From the NCBI GenBank assembly GCA_965217585.1, contig OZ244561.1, positions 7,168,001-7,232,000 on the forward strand: DNA of 64,000 bases, in the 5' to 3' direction. The number at the start of each line of letters is the position of its first letter. Positions within the stretch are counted from its first letter, which is position 1. The position numbers were made by a program, and so were the translations under genes. Positions 27,987 to 38,712 of the stretch are shown one piece after another. The stretch is from Candidatus Latescibacterota bacterium. Lineage in GTDB: Bacteria > Latescibacterota > UBA2968 > UBA8231. Below the pieces are notes generated by a model. The model was not told the origin of the DNA. It was given only the letters and a program-made list of their open reading frames with translations, and did not search any database.

Positions 27987-29270
27987 CTACTGGCCGATGC
28001 AGTACAGGTGCGACTCCGTCCGCAGGAAAATCCGCCCCCCGGCGATGGCCAACGACGACAGCGTATAGCCGCCGTCGAGTTCGTTGGTGGCCAGCACTTT
28101 GTACTCTGGTCCGGCCTGAATCACGGTCGTCACCGCGTTTTCGTTGACCACGTAGAGCTTGCCATCGGCCAGCACCAGCGAGGCGCTGACCGTCCCCTGG
28201 GCCGTGCGCTCCGGCCCCCACAACACCGCGCCCGTTTTGGCGTCGAGACAGGTAGCCCGCCCGCGGTCATCGACCATGTAGAAATAGCGGCCGTCGGTAA
28301 CAGCCGAGGGCACGTCTGGCGCTCCCGCCCCCGTCCACTTCCAAGCCAAGTGGCTTGCGCTAACATCGCCCGTGCCACCGGCGCGGAACGCTAGCACCGG
28401 ATTGCGGCGACTCGTCGCGTACACCATCCCAGCGACCGCGACCGGCGACCCGACCACCCGGTAGTTCCGCTCCTTGCCCGGGTTCAAGCCGCCCGCCCGC
28501 CATACCTCTTCACCGGTGGCCGGATCATGACCAGTGACGTAGTCACCGCCAGAGACGACAATTTGCGTCTGGCCGTCGTGTTCGAGCACCACGGGCGTGG
28601 TATAGGCATCCGGCGACTCGCCCGGCGCGTCGGTTGGCCGCTCCTGCCGCCACGCGACTTCGCCAGTAGCCGCATCAAAGGCAATCAGGTAGGAAGGATC
28701 GTCCGTGTTCATCCCGTGCAGCACCTCGACGAAGAGCTTGCCGTCGTGGAGCAAGGGTGACGAAGCGTAGCCCCACATCAGGCCGAGGGGTCCGTGCTCG
28801 GCCTGCAAGTCGTAGTGCCACAATTCTTCACCATCCATGTCAAAGGCCCGGATCATCCCCGTGCCCGTAACAGCCAGCACGCGCTCGCCATCCGTGACCG
28901 GCGAAGGCGAGGTGTTGTTGTGCTTGCGCCAATAGGCATTGCCCTCGGAGAGGGTGCGCTGCCACAACACACTGCCGTCCGTCGTTGACAGGCAGCCCAA
29001 AAGCAGCTTTTCGCCGCCCTGGATTTCTTCGCCCGAATTCGGCGACGTCAAAAAGACCCGCTCACCCCACACCACCGGCGTACTCCCGCTCCAAGAGGGC
29101 AGCTTCCTACTCCAAACCACATGCTCACTCGCACTCCAAGTCGTCGGCAGGTCCACAGTCTCGCTGACGCCGTTGTGGTTGGGCCCGCGCCACTGGGGCC
29201 AGTACTCCTGCTTGGCATCGGCGCGCAAAGCAGCCAAAAGCAACAGTGAGATAAGTATGAACTTTTTCAT
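27987..29270 (-). CDS. PQQ-binding-like beta-propeller protein (BamB-like)
   Basis: Signal peptide MKKFILISLLLL, WPQWRGP, repeated SSP/DAxTGxxxW blades; GAGGAG RBS. Confidence 0.88.
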   Translation of the reverse strand: MKKFILISLLLLAALRADAKQEYWPQWRGPNHNGVSETVDLPTTWSASEHVVWSRKLPSWSGSTPVVWGERVFLTSPNSGEEIQGGEKLLLGCLSTTDGSVLWQRTLSEGNAYWRKHNNTSPSPVTDGERVLAVTGTGMIRAFDMDGEELWHYDLQAEHGPLGLMWGYASSPLLHDGKLFVEVLHGMNTDDPSYLIAFDAATGEVAWRQERPTDAPGESPDAYTTPVVLEHDGQTQIVVSGGDYVTGHDPATGEEVWRAGGLNPGKERNYRVVGSPVAVAGMVYATSRRNPVLAFRAGGTGDVSASHLAWKWTGAGAPDVPSAVTDGRYFYMVDDRGRATCLDAKTGAVLWGPERTAQGTVSASLVLADGKLYVVNENAVTTVIQAGPEYKVLATNELDGGYTLSSLAIAGGRIFLRTESHLYCIGQ

Positions 29271-29392
29271 GGTTTGCTCCTCTCTATTATCAGCAAAACT
29301 GCACAGCAAATCGCCAATTGACAAGTATCACTAGCGGCGATGTTGGTCTGCAAAAGTTGACGTTCCCATTTTTTTGTAGTAACATAAAATAA

Positions 29393-29650
29393 ATGGAGAT
29401 TGAATTGACCGAGAACAAGCCGTATATGGACCCCGATTTCGATGACGACCTGCCGGATCTCGCCACCCCGGAATGGCAGGCAAAGTTCGCCCGCGTCCCG
29501 GTTCAGCGAGGCCGACCGAAGGCCGCCGTGACCAAAGTCTCCACCACTATTCGGCTAGATCCCGATGTGCTAGCTGCCTTTAAAGCCGATGGCCCCGGTT
29601 GGCAGACTAGGATCAATGAAGCTCTGCGGAAGAGTGTCGGACTGGAGTAA
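29393..29650 (+). CDS. BrnA-family antitoxin (orphan)
   Basis: RGRPK...TIRLDPDVLAAFKADGPGWQTRINEALR. Confidence 0.88.
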   Translation: MEIELTENKPYMDPDFDDDLPDLATPEWQAKFARVPVQRGRPKAAVTKVSTTIRLDPDVLAAFKADGPGWQTRINEALRKSVGLE

Positions 29651-29672
29651 ATCTCGCTCTACCGCGTTCAAC

Positions 29673-30650
29673 TCACCCCTCCCAGTCGAGCAACACCCCG
29701 AGCGCCTCGTCCATGTTGTTGTAGAGCAAGTCAAAAGCTTTTGCCGCCTCAAAAAAAGGAAAGCGGTGCGTGGTCATTCGCCCTGTCTGAATAATTCCTG
29801 CCTGCAATAGCTCCATCGCCCGGCGTGCGGTCCCCGAGCCTATGCCCTGTCCATAATAGCCGCCTAGGATCTTGCGGCGCTGGATCTTGCCCGACATCAG
29901 CGGCAAAGGCGCGTCCTCGTAAAGTCCGATCAGGTGCAATAGCCCGCCAACGGCCAGCATATCCAACCCCTGGTCGAATGCTTTAACCCCCGCCGGGCCG
30001 CCTACCGCATAGACGACGATATCGACACCGGCTCCCGCTGTTAGCCTACGCACCGCAGCAATAGGATCCTCTTCGGCGGCATTGATTACCGCGTCGGCCC
30101 CCAACTCCTCGGCCAGTGTGCAGCGACTCTCGAGTGCATCAACGGCGATGATCCGACCCTTGCCATTGTGCTTGGCCACCTGCAACATCAGGCTCCCAAC
30201 CAGTCCCTGGCCCAAAATCACTACCGTGTGGTTGGGTCCGATCTCCTCGATATCCACCCAGGCCACCGCACCCGAGACCAGCGGCCAGTACGGTGCCGCG
30301 TCAAATTCCACGCTAGGCAGCATCGCCACCACCTGCGGCTGGTCCTGCGGCGCAGACAACACCGCTGGGCGCACCACGTATTCAGCGTGCGGTGCCAGCG
30401 CTACTACCCGGTCACCTACAGCGTAGCAGTCGACTTCCTCCCCCAAAGCGTCAACCACCCCCGCCAGCGAATAGCCCATAATCTCGGGACTGACTGCTTG
30501 CTCACGCGTATAGCGTGCGCCGATCTCCGATCCTCGGCTGATCAGGCTGCACACCGCCTTGATTCGCACTTCCCCCGGCCCGGGCTCGGGCACCGGCACT
30601 TCCTCAATTTCGATATTGAACTGCCCTGTTGGTTTGATAACGCGTTTCAT
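29673..30650 (-). CDS. Zinc-binding alcohol dehydrogenase-like (MDR) protein
   Basis: GroES-like N-terminus, GQGLVG Rossmann motif, THRFPF. Confidence 0.85.
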   Translation of the reverse strand: MKRVIKPTGQFNIEIEEVPVPEPGPGEVRIKAVCSLISRGSEIGARYTREQAVSPEIMGYSLAGVVDALGEEVDCYAVGDRVVALAPHAEYVVRPAVLSAPQDQPQVVAMLPSVEFDAAPYWPLVSGAVAWVDIEEIGPNHTVVILGQGLVGSLMLQVAKHNGKGRIIAVDALESRCTLAEELGADAVINAAEEDPIAAVRRLTAGAGVDIVVYAVGGPAGVKAFDQGLDMLAVGGLLHLIGLYEDAPLPLMSGKIQRRKILGGYYGQGIGSGTARRAMELLQAGIIQTGRMTTHRFPFFEAAKAFDLLYNNMDEALGVLLDWEG

Positions 30651-30741
30651 CTCTATGCCCCCAGAATTTTCTCGTCCACTTCCATCTGCTCGCCCTCGCG
30701 CGTCAGGTCGTAACACTCGTGCCAGTCAATAACGTCGATCC

Positions 30742-31524
30742 CTAGCGAACGCCCAGCGCAAATGGCTTCGATGGATCCGCGTATTCGTTGCCGGCCCGGT
30801 CTCGTCCCCGCGCCAGATACACCGCGTGCGTTGCGTGCGGCCCAGCACTCTGCACTTTCACGGTCGCCGGCATGTAGCGCATGGTGTAGCCGCAGCGCCG
30901 CTTGGCACTGGTGTTGGGATTGGAGCCGTGAATCATTTTGGCGTGGTGGATGTGGCACTGGCCCTCGCGGAGTTCCAAATCGACGACCCGCGCCTGATCG
31001 ACTTGCTCGGCCACGATCTCGCGCCCGAAGACGTGGGTGTTGCGATCGACCTCCACATAGTCCGAAAAGCCGTGCCGGTGCGAATCGGCCACAACCCGCA
31101 TACAGCCGTTTTCTCGCGTCGAGTCGTCAATGGCCAGCCACACGGTCAATACCTCGTGCTCGCTGAGCCGCTCATTCCAATACGCCGAGTCTTCGTGCCA
31201 AGGCACGCGCTTGCCATCGCCGGGCGGCTTGCTGATAAAGTGGCTCGACCACAAGACGATGTCCGGGCCGATAAACGCCTCGACAAAATCGAGCACCTCG
31301 TCGGCGAGGAGCCACTCGAAAAGCTCCGGATGGGTAAAGTGCGGCACATCCATGGCCTCTGGCCGCTTGCCCGCAGGCAAATCGGCCAACAAGCCGGCGA
31401 AGAAGGCTTGCAAGCGCTGGAACTTTTCGGCGGGAAAAAGCGAATGTTGATAGACGAAATAACCGTGGTCGCGGTAGAACTGCACGTCCTCGGCGGTCAC
31501 GTGCAGGGAGTGCGAATTACTCAT
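30742..31524 (-). CDS. Phytanoyl-CoA dioxygenase (PhyH) family 2OG-Fe(II) oxygenase
   Basis: WHEDSAYW, VWLAIDD..ENGCM, HGSNPNTS..RR. Confidence 0.9.
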   Translation of the reverse strand: MSNSHSLHVTAEDVQFYRDHGYFVYQHSLFPAEKFQRLQAFFAGLLADLPAGKRPEAMDVPHFTHPELFEWLLADEVLDFVEAFIGPDIVLWSSHFISKPPGDGKRVPWHEDSAYWNERLSEHEVLTVWLAIDDSTRENGCMRVVADSHRHGFSDYVEVDRNTHVFGREIVAEQVDQARVVDLELREGQCHIHHAKMIHGSNPNTSAKRRCGYTMRYMPATVKVQSAGPHATHAVYLARGRDRAGNEYADPSKPFALGVR

Positions 31525-31573
31525 CGGCAGACACCTTTCCTCGTAGTTGCAATCTCAATATATGGCAATCCGC

Positions 31574-33559
31574 TCACCCGTGCAGAATCGGATGCCCCGC
31601 GCCCTTGAACCAGACGCAGTCGAGTACAAACGACAGAAAAACCCCGCAGAAAAACCCCACCACCAGCCCGATAAACAGCGGCTTGAGCCGCTGGTAGAGC
31701 GCCACGCCGCCGAAGCGCAAGATCAACGCCTTGCAAGCCCATGCCAAGAACACCGAAAACACAATCCGCTTGACCATCCACGTTGAGGCTACAGCCAGCC
31801 CCACCGGGTGCAAGGGCCACCACGCGATTCGGTAGTGCAAAAACGCCAGCACCACATAGCCCAACACTCCGCTACCGGCTAAGCCGAGCTTATCCCAGTC
31901 AACGGGCGCGGGATTGCGCGTCTGCTCGGCGACCCAGTCGAAGGCCCGGCCGCCCGCGCCTCCAGCGGCATTGAAAAACCACGAGCGCAGATTGCTCGCC
32001 CCATAATCGTAGCACAAGTAGATCATAAAGCTGGTGGTCGCGACAAAGCTGACTACGACCGCCAAGACAATGGCCAAGGCCAGCCCCCCACTGCGTCGAT
32101 GCGTGTAGTAATCGTGCAGCTTGAGCGCGTTGGCTGCCGAGGGCATAAAGGTGGATTGCACATCGCTGCACCACGCAAAAGTCAGCGCCAGCGCGACCAA
32201 GTTCTGCGGCCCCAAGGCCGAGCCAGCCGCGGCCACAACCATGCCCTGAGCGCTCATGGGCGTCGTCAAATAGTGCAGACCTGCTTGCACCACGAGCCGC
32301 GTAATACCCAAGAAGATCGTCAGCGCGGCCACCAGATAGAAAGCCGCCAAGTGCAGGTCCAAACCGCTGCGCCACAGCCAGCCGAGGATAAAACACAGCC
32401 CGGTCAACCCACCACCCACGGCGACCCGATAGGAAATCATCTCGTCGGTATCGTCAATCCGCCCTGTACGGCCCAGCGCGGTGCGCCACACAGCCGCGAG
32501 ATGACCCCGCGCCATCCACAAGCTCCACCCCACCATCGCCGCAAAAGCCCCCCAAGACTGCCAAGACAAGGGCGTTCCGCTGTACACAAACGGATCGGCG
32601 CGCAAATTGAAAAGGCCCGTTTGACTGATCAGGCCCAGTTGCACCAAATAGAGCAGATGGAAGAACCAGACGCTGAACGAAATGGCCAGCGGGGCCAGAT
32701 ACATAAACCCCAAGACTGGGAAGTACATCACTAGGTTGATGGCCGGTGCTTGGGGAATGAGGGAAAAGGCCGATCCCTGAAAGACGGGCACTTGCGCCAA
32801 ACCGGGGTAAAAGTAGCTGGGAACGTTGAAGGCGATCAGGCCGAAGGGAATGGCAAAGCCGATCCAGAAGACCCGGGTCTTAAGCGCCGGCGGCAGCGCC
32901 GATCCCGGAGCCTCTTCGGTCAGCATCAAGACCACCTCGGTCAGGGGGAAGGTCAGCCGCTCGCGCTCCATCCAATGCCGGCGCAACACCACCACCGAGC
33001 ACAGGCCGACGAAGTATATGGCCAGCACCAGCAGCAGCCACCACAGCAGCGGCGCAGCCCACGCCCCCCACGGAATGGCCAAATCTTTGCTCGGCAAGCC
33101 CTCGTAGAAAAAGCGCATGGCGTCGTGCGCCGGATCGGGGATGGCCCAATCCGGCAGATAGGGATGGACGTATTCGGCCCACTGGTTGGTGGGGAGCGCC
33201 CCGTAATAGGGCTTGGAGATGATGCTGAGAATTAGGCCGACGATGAAGATGGGCATGCCGCTGGCGACTAGCCCCATGATGATGATGGTGATCAACTCGG
33301 CCGCGCTGAGGGCGCGTTTGAGCAACGCGTTGCATAGGACCAGGATAAACAGCGGCGCACCCACGACAATGGGAAAGTACGACCACGTCATTTCCGACGA
33401 GCCGACCATCCATATTGAATAGGGGCTACCAATGCTGATGGCGACGACTAGCCCCAGACCGAGCAGCATAGACCGCCAGCTCAGGCCGGACCCGGGTAAT
33501 TCCACGAGGTAGTGGTCGCTGAGATGGGTGAGATAATGAGTGGGGATTTTCTTTTGCAC
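31574..33559 (-). CDS. DUF6785/DUF6784-like large membrane protein (putative transporter), paralog 1
   Basis: Many TMs, RRHWMERERLTFPL and WWPLHPVG motifs. Confidence 0.75.
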   Translation of the reverse strand: MQKKIPTHYLTHLSDHYLVELPGSGLSWRSMLLGLGLVVAISIGSPYSIWMVGSSEMTWSYFPIVVGAPLFILVLCNALLKRALSAAELITIIIMGLVASGMPIFIVGLILSIISKPYYGALPTNQWAEYVHPYLPDWAIPDPAHDAMRFFYEGLPSKDLAIPWGAWAAPLLWWLLLVLAIYFVGLCSVVVLRRHWMERERLTFPLTEVVLMLTEEAPGSALPPALKTRVFWIGFAIPFGLIAFNVPSYFYPGLAQVPVFQGSAFSLIPQAPAINLVMYFPVLGFMYLAPLAISFSVWFFHLLYLVQLGLISQTGLFNLRADPFVYSGTPLSWQSWGAFAAMVGWSLWMARGHLAAVWRTALGRTGRIDDTDEMISYRVAVGGGLTGLCFILGWLWRSGLDLHLAAFYLVAALTIFLGITRLVVQAGLHYLTTPMSAQGMVVAAAGSALGPQNLVALALTFAWCSDVQSTFMPSAANALKLHDYYTHRRSGGLALAIVLAVVVSFVATTSFMIYLCYDYGASNLRSWFFNAAGGAGGRAFDWVAEQTRNPAPVDWDKLGLAGSGVLGYVVLAFLHYRIAWWPLHPVGLAVASTWMVKRIVFSVFLAWACKALILRFGGVALYQRLKPLFIGLVVGFFCGVFLSFVLDCVWFKGAGHPILHG

Positions 33560-33646
33560 GGGGCACGCTTCTTGGCAAGATTAATGGAGGGCAAAAAAGG
33601 AGACGGTCCGTCCATCGTCAAGGTCGCCTCCTAGAAAGGAACTGGT

Positions 33647-35110
33647 ATGAGCGTCGAATTATTTCCCGGTAAGCACTTATTCGTGGACGAGCATCGCATT
33701 GAAACGCTTACCGCGGCCAAGCGGGTGCTCAACCAGCCGCAGAAGCGCCCACAGCCGGTCATGCAGGCCGAGCAGCCGTGGGAGCAAAAGGGGATTCACC
33801 TCGGCAAGGTCTTGTACGACCGCGAACTCCAGCGATTTCGTCTGTGGTACACGGCGCAGGCCGATACCGTCATTGGCACGCGGGTGTTGGTGCGGGACAA
33901 TCCACCCAGCAAGGTGCATGAATCGCACATCTGTTACGCCGAGTCGGCCGATGGAGTGCATTGGGAGCGCCCTGCACTCGACATCGTCGAACGCGAGCGC
34001 TATCCGGGCAACAACATTTGCGTGCCCTCGATGCGACCGCCGGGCCGGACCTTTTTGAGCCACCTAGTCGACGCCCCGTTTGCCGACGATCCGCAACAGC
34101 GTTTCAAGATGATTTACCTCGACCAAGCAGATGAGGGCGCAGTCGGCGGCGGCTTGGCCCCGGACCAAAGGCTGCGCTTGCACGCTCACTCGGCCGATGG
34201 CTTGCACTGGCACTCCTATCCCTGGGAAGAACACCACGTCGCCCGTCTCTTCGGCGTCTTAGCGTACTTGGACGCAGTGCCCTCTGGCCCCATCGACCCG
34301 GATGCCCGCTATATCCTCTACGGGCAGCGCGGTTCCCCGTGGAAGACCCGTCAGATTGGCCGCCGCGATAGCAGCGACTTTATCAACTGGAGCAACAACT
34401 GGCCGGTGTTGGAAAGCCGCCTCAGCGACACACCCGGACTGGAGTTTTACCACATGCAAGGGCCGATTATCAACCAAACGTACGCCGGCCTGTATCTCGG
34501 GATGCTCGGCGCGTATTACGCCGACCTGCGGCGCAAGTTCGACCCCGCACGCAACGATGGGCTAACCGAGAGCCATCTGGCCTTCAGCCGCGATTCCGTG
34601 CGCTGGGAGCGCTGGGACGCGCCCTTTATTCCGCGCGGCGAGGCCGGGACTTTTGATTGGGGCGGCGTGTATTGCGAATACCCAGCTATCGGCGACGACC
34701 AGCTCTATTTCATGTACACCGGCGAGAGCACGCGCCACGGCATTTCCGGCCTGCCTAACTTTGGCTTGGCGACCTTGCGGCTCGACGGATTTGTCTCGGT
34801 TGAAACGGTCGGCTTTATGGAGGGGAAGCTCGTCACCCGGCCGCATCACTGGAATGCGGCCGAGGTGCGGGTCAACGTGCAATCGCCCACAGGCGGCTTG
34901 AAGGTGCAGCTCCAGGATGAAACTGGGCGGGCGTTTGCGGGCTTTGGCGCGGAGGATTGCGAACCCATCGTTGACGACTCCTTAGATGCGCCCGTGCGCT
35001 GGCGTGGTTCGGGCAACGTGCGCTCGTTGAGCGACAAAATGGTCGCGCTCCAGTTTAGCTTCTTGCCGGAGGACAAACTGTATTCATATACGCTGTGTGC
35101 GGAGAGTTGA
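33647..35110 (+). CDS. Hypothetical glycoside hydrolase-like beta-propeller protein
   Basis: LFVD N-terminus, Asp-box-like SADGVHW/SRDSVRW repeats, LRLDGFVS; AAGGA RBS. Confidence 0.65.
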   Translation: MSVELFPGKHLFVDEHRIETLTAAKRVLNQPQKRPQPVMQAEQPWEQKGIHLGKVLYDRELQRFRLWYTAQADTVIGTRVLVRDNPPSKVHESHICYAESADGVHWERPALDIVERERYPGNNICVPSMRPPGRTFLSHLVDAPFADDPQQRFKMIYLDQADEGAVGGGLAPDQRLRLHAHSADGLHWHSYPWEEHHVARLFGVLAYLDAVPSGPIDPDARYILYGQRGSPWKTRQIGRRDSSDFINWSNNWPVLESRLSDTPGLEFYHMQGPIINQTYAGLYLGMLGAYYADLRRKFDPARNDGLTESHLAFSRDSVRWERWDAPFIPRGEAGTFDWGGVYCEYPAIGDDQLYFMYTGESTRHGISGLPNFGLATLRLDGFVSVETVGFMEGKLVTRPHHWNAAEVRVNVQSPTGGLKVQLQDETGRAFAGFGAEDCEPIVDDSLDAPVRWRGSGNVRSLSDKMVALQFSFLPEDKLYSYTLCAES

Positions 35111-35391
35111 CTTTGGAGCGAGGTCAAGAACCGTCTATTCAACGGTTCATCTTGAAGTGGCCGGCAGCAACGCGGCTGTCGGCAGCCGGCGTATGGCCGC
35201 GCCAGCCTGTTGGTCGGCGGCGACCAGATCGAACTGCGCCTGCAGGTTCAACCAAAATTGAGGCTCTACGCCGAACCGGTGTCCAAACCGCAAGGCCGTG
35301 TCGCCCGTCACTGACCGCTCTAGTAGGTTGACAGTGGTCTAGTCATCTATACAGATGTATAACTTAATTCAGAATATCGGGAGGTGGTAGC

Positions 35392-36237
35392 ATGACCACT
35401 CTAACAGCCGTTGAATCGGCAACATCCGTCGAAGATCCCCAAATACTGTACGGTGATTGCCTAGAAGTGATCCAGTCCGGCAGGGTCAAGGCTGAATCGG
35501 TCAATCTAATCTTCACTTCGCCGCCCTATGCCGATCAGAGGAAAAACAACTACGGCGGCATCCACCCGGACGAGTATGTGCAGTGGTTCTTGCCGAGGGC
35601 GGAGGCGCTGAAGAAGTGCCTCAAGCCGGACGGCTCATTCGTTCTGAACATCAAGGAAAAGGCGGTTGGCGGCCAAAGGCACACTTATGTCCTAGAACTC
35701 ATACTGGCCCTGAAGCAACAGGGCTGGCTATGGGTTGAGGAATACTGCTGGCACAAAAAGAATTGCTATCCGGGTAAGTGGCCCAATCGGTTTAGAGATT
35801 CGTGGGAGCGTTTGCTGCACTTCACGATTAACAAGAAGTTCAAGATGCGGCAAGAATCTGTGATGGTACCGATGGGCGACTGGAAGACGGCGCGGCTGCG
35901 GAATCTGTCAAAAACCGATTACACCAGAGACGAGTCAAAGAACGAAAACGGCTTTGGTAAGAAGGTCGAAAACTGGATTGGGCGCGACATGGCGTACCCG
36001 ACAAATGTCCTGCATCTATCTACAGAGTGCGGCTACAAGGGCCATCCAGCCGCATTCCCACTATCTCTACCCAACTGGTTCATTCGCTTATTCACTGATC
36101 CGGGCGATATGGTTCTCGATCCATTCGCCGGTTCGGGCACTACGCTGGTTGCCGCTAGGGATCTCGACCGGGACAGCATAGGCATTGATACGTCCTTGGA
36201 CTACTGCGATCTAATGCGCGAGAGGCTGTCAAAATGA
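35392..36237 (+). CDS. Site-specific DNA methyltransferase (N4-C/N6-A, beta class), orphan
   Basis: TSPPY catalytic motif, HPAAFP, DPFAGSGTT SAM motif; lower GC. Confidence 0.92.
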   Translation: MTTLTAVESATSVEDPQILYGDCLEVIQSGRVKAESVNLIFTSPPYADQRKNNYGGIHPDEYVQWFLPRAEALKKCLKPDGSFVLNIKEKAVGGQRHTYVLELILALKQQGWLWVEEYCWHKKNCYPGKWPNRFRDSWERLLHFTINKKFKMRQESVMVPMGDWKTARLRNLSKTDYTRDESKNENGFGKKVENWIGRDMAYPTNVLHLSTECGYKGHPAAFPLSLPNWFIRLFTDPGDMVLDPFAGSGTTLVAARDLDRDSIGIDTSLDYCDLMRERLSK

Positions 36238-36317
36238 ACCCGGCGGAGGCGGAGACCGACTGCCGCGGGGGAAGGAAATAGAGCTTCAAGAGAAAGGCGC
36301 GTGGGGACGCCGGGTGC

Positions 36318-36653
36318 TCAGAGCTTGATGACGGCGATGAGGACGCCGGTCATGGTCACCAACATGCCCATCATCCAAAGGAAATAGGCGTCCATGCGCT
36401 TGTGGACGGCTCGAATCTGTTCGCTCAACGAGCGGTGGAGCTCGTCAATGCGGTCATTGGTCTCATTTATACGGTCGCCCAACGAGCGATTGGTCTCGTT
36501 AATGCGATTATTGGTTTCATTTATAAGGTCGTCCAACGAGCGGTGGAGCTCGTCAATACTGTTGTTGACGGCCCCTAATTGGGTACGCAGATCTTGACGT
36601 AGGTCTTGAAGTTTGGGGGTCGCACGGGTTTGGGGGTCGGTACTTTCGCTCAT
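36318..36653 (-). CDS. Small coiled-coil repeat protein with C-terminal TM helix (Bdr/DUF1640-like)
   Basis: IDELHRSL x2 and INETN x3; identical 24-bp repeat at 36426 and 36534; GAGGA RBS. Confidence 0.65.
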   Translation of the reverse strand: MSESTDPQTRATPKLQDLRQDLRTQLGAVNNSIDELHRSLDDLINETNNRINETNRSLGDRINETNDRIDELHRSLSEQIRAVHKRMDAYFLWMMGMLVTMTGVLIAVIKL

Positions 36654-36735
36654 GGCTAGTTTCCTCAGCGGAAATATAAACGAAGGACTAAAAACCACCA
36701 ACAGGCGGCTTCCGCTCAAGCGCCGCGAGACTTCC

Positions 36736-38712
36736 CTACGGCCTCAGTTGGTCTTCCACGATCCGCAAAAAACGCGCCTCCTGTCCAACCTCTCCTCCCA
36801 CCAAACGAGCGTATTCCCGCGCATCCTCCACCCGCCCAGCCCAAACCAATTCTACCGCCAATGCCTGAAACAAACTCAACGCATAGCGGCGGCGAAAATC
36901 CTCAGCCAAAAAAGCTCGTTCCAAATGCAGCAAGGCCGGCTCGTGTTCTTCAAGCAGATGGTAGAGCTGACCCTTGGTAAAATCGACAAAGGACGCGCCC
37001 ACCGCCGGATCGTGCGCGAGAAACCCCGCCCGTTTCAGCGCCGCCCGCACCTCGTCCCGCTGCTCATCGGTAAGCGCCATCCCCTGCATCTTGATGCACC
37101 ACCCCCACTGCACCGCCGCCCACAACCCGCGCCGCGTAAACGGCACCTCGCGGCACGCCGCCGCGTAGTGAACCTGCGCCCGCGCAAAATCCTGTTCGCT
37201 AAAAAGCTGATCCGCCACCGCCAGCACCAACGGCCCCTGCTGCATCCACTGCTCAACGCCGCGCCGTTCCCCCGGCGACAGTCGCTGCCCCTCCATGGCC
37301 GCCAGTTGTTTTAGATAGCGCACATTGTGCCCATTGTATTGGTGCAAGGGCGCTTGCGCGAGCATCGCTCCCATCTTGTTGTACGCCACCACGCGCTCCA
37401 CCGGCAAGTCGCCTAACGCGCGCCGATACGCCTCCGCGCTCCGCAGCAATCCCAAGTCAATGGCCTGCAATTCGGCGACACTGTGAAGAACAGTCCGCGC
37501 CAACAAAGCCTGCCCGGCAACAGAAAAATGGACGTGATCCACCATCCACTCCCAACCCACGCCCTGCGCGGGCGCAGCGGCCGCAAACGCAGCCTCCACA
37601 TCCGCCAACACAGCCCCATGCTCTTTAGCAACTGCGCGAATCACCGCATTGTGCGCCGTGGGAGCGCGCCACGGCATGGTGTCCAAATCCCGCGCCTTGC
37701 GAAAGGCCCGCTGCGCTTGGGCATCCCGCCCCAACCGCTCCAACGCCCGGCCTTGCAAATACCACAACCAAGCGTGCTCGCTCGACAGGGCCGCCGCTTG
37801 CTCCAATTGCTGCAGTGCGTCCTCAGCATCATCCGGCGCAACGTAACCCCGCGTCAGTACCTGCGCCGCTTGCTCCACCCGCGCCTTCCACCCCTCGCCC
37901 CCTTCCGTCGATCCCACCGGCGCAAATCCCGCGTCATTCGCCACAATAGTACACAGCACCAAAGGCACCTGCGCTCGCTCGCAGACCCGACCCACGCGCC
38001 GCAAGTTGTCGCGCAAATTCTGTTCAGCCATCGCTCGACCGGGGCCGTGCAATGGCACCTCGCCGCGCGCAGCCGCCATTTTTATCAAATCCGTCGGCTC
38101 GTCCCTTGCCCCAATGCCCCCTAGCAATCCATCCACCAGATGCGTCAAATGCAGTTGCCGCAAAAAGTACTGTAGCCGCTGGTGCCGCCCGGCCCCGTAC
38201 AACCCGTAGAATTCGTTGTGCCCGGTATAGACGACGACCAGATCCGGCGACAGCACCAACGCATCTTCCACTACTTGCGCCACCGCAAAGCTGGCAATGG
38301 ACGTGATGCCCAAATTGACGACCTCCACCTCCCGCTCCGGCCACGCATCCGCTAGCATCGCCTGCAAAAAGGACGCCGCCGCCAAACGCCGCGGATGAGG
38401 GAACCCCTGCACAGTGGAAGCCCCGACAAAAACGATGCGATAGCGGTTAGCCGGCGCAGGTTCCACAAAGAAGTGCTCGCCCATCTGCCCTGCCGCGGCC
38501 AGCCGGCCCTTGTATTGCGCGAAAAATCGCTGCGCATAAAACCGACTCGTCGCGTGCAGCGATTCGCCAGTCGCCTCATCCTCGGCCAAGGTTGCGACCA
38601 AAGGCGCTGGCCCCAATCCCGGCACGAGCCGCAGCAGCCCCTCGGCCACCACCACCAAAGCCACGCCGACCCCCAAGGCCACCAAGCGCAAAAACCAGAC
38701 TCTAGTCGTCAC
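36736..38712 (-). CDS. Membrane-anchored SGNH/GDSL-like + TPR protein
   Basis: GASTVQG, GHNEFYG, DHVH motifs plus helical repeats. Confidence 0.7.
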   Translation of the reverse strand: MTTRVWFLRLVALGVGVALVVVAEGLLRLVPGLGPAPLVATLAEDEATGESLHATSRFYAQRFFAQYKGRLAAAGQMGEHFFVEPAPANRYRIVFVGASTVQGFPHPRRLAAASFLQAMLADAWPEREVEVVNLGITSIASFAVAQVVEDALVLSPDLVVVYTGHNEFYGLYGAGRHQRLQYFLRQLHLTHLVDGLLGGIGARDEPTDLIKMAAARGEVPLHGPGRAMAEQNLRDNLRRVGRVCERAQVPLVLCTIVANDAGFAPVGSTEGGEGWKARVEQAAQVLTRGYVAPDDAEDALQQLEQAAALSSEHAWLWYLQGRALERLGRDAQAQRAFRKARDLDTMPWRAPTAHNAVIRAVAKEHGAVLADVEAAFAAAAPAQGVGWEWMVDHVHFSVAGQALLARTVLHSVAELQAIDLGLLRSAEAYRRALGDLPVERVVAYNKMGAMLAQAPLHQYNGHNVRYLKQLAAMEGQRLSPGERRGVEQWMQQGPLVLAVADQLFSEQDFARAQVHYAAACREVPFTRRGLWAAVQWGWCIKMQGMALTDEQRDEVRAALKRAGFLAHDPAVGASFVDFTKGQLYHLLEEHEPALLHLERAFLAEDFRRRYALSLFQALAVELVWAGRVEDAREYARLVGGEVGQEARFLRIVEDQLRP

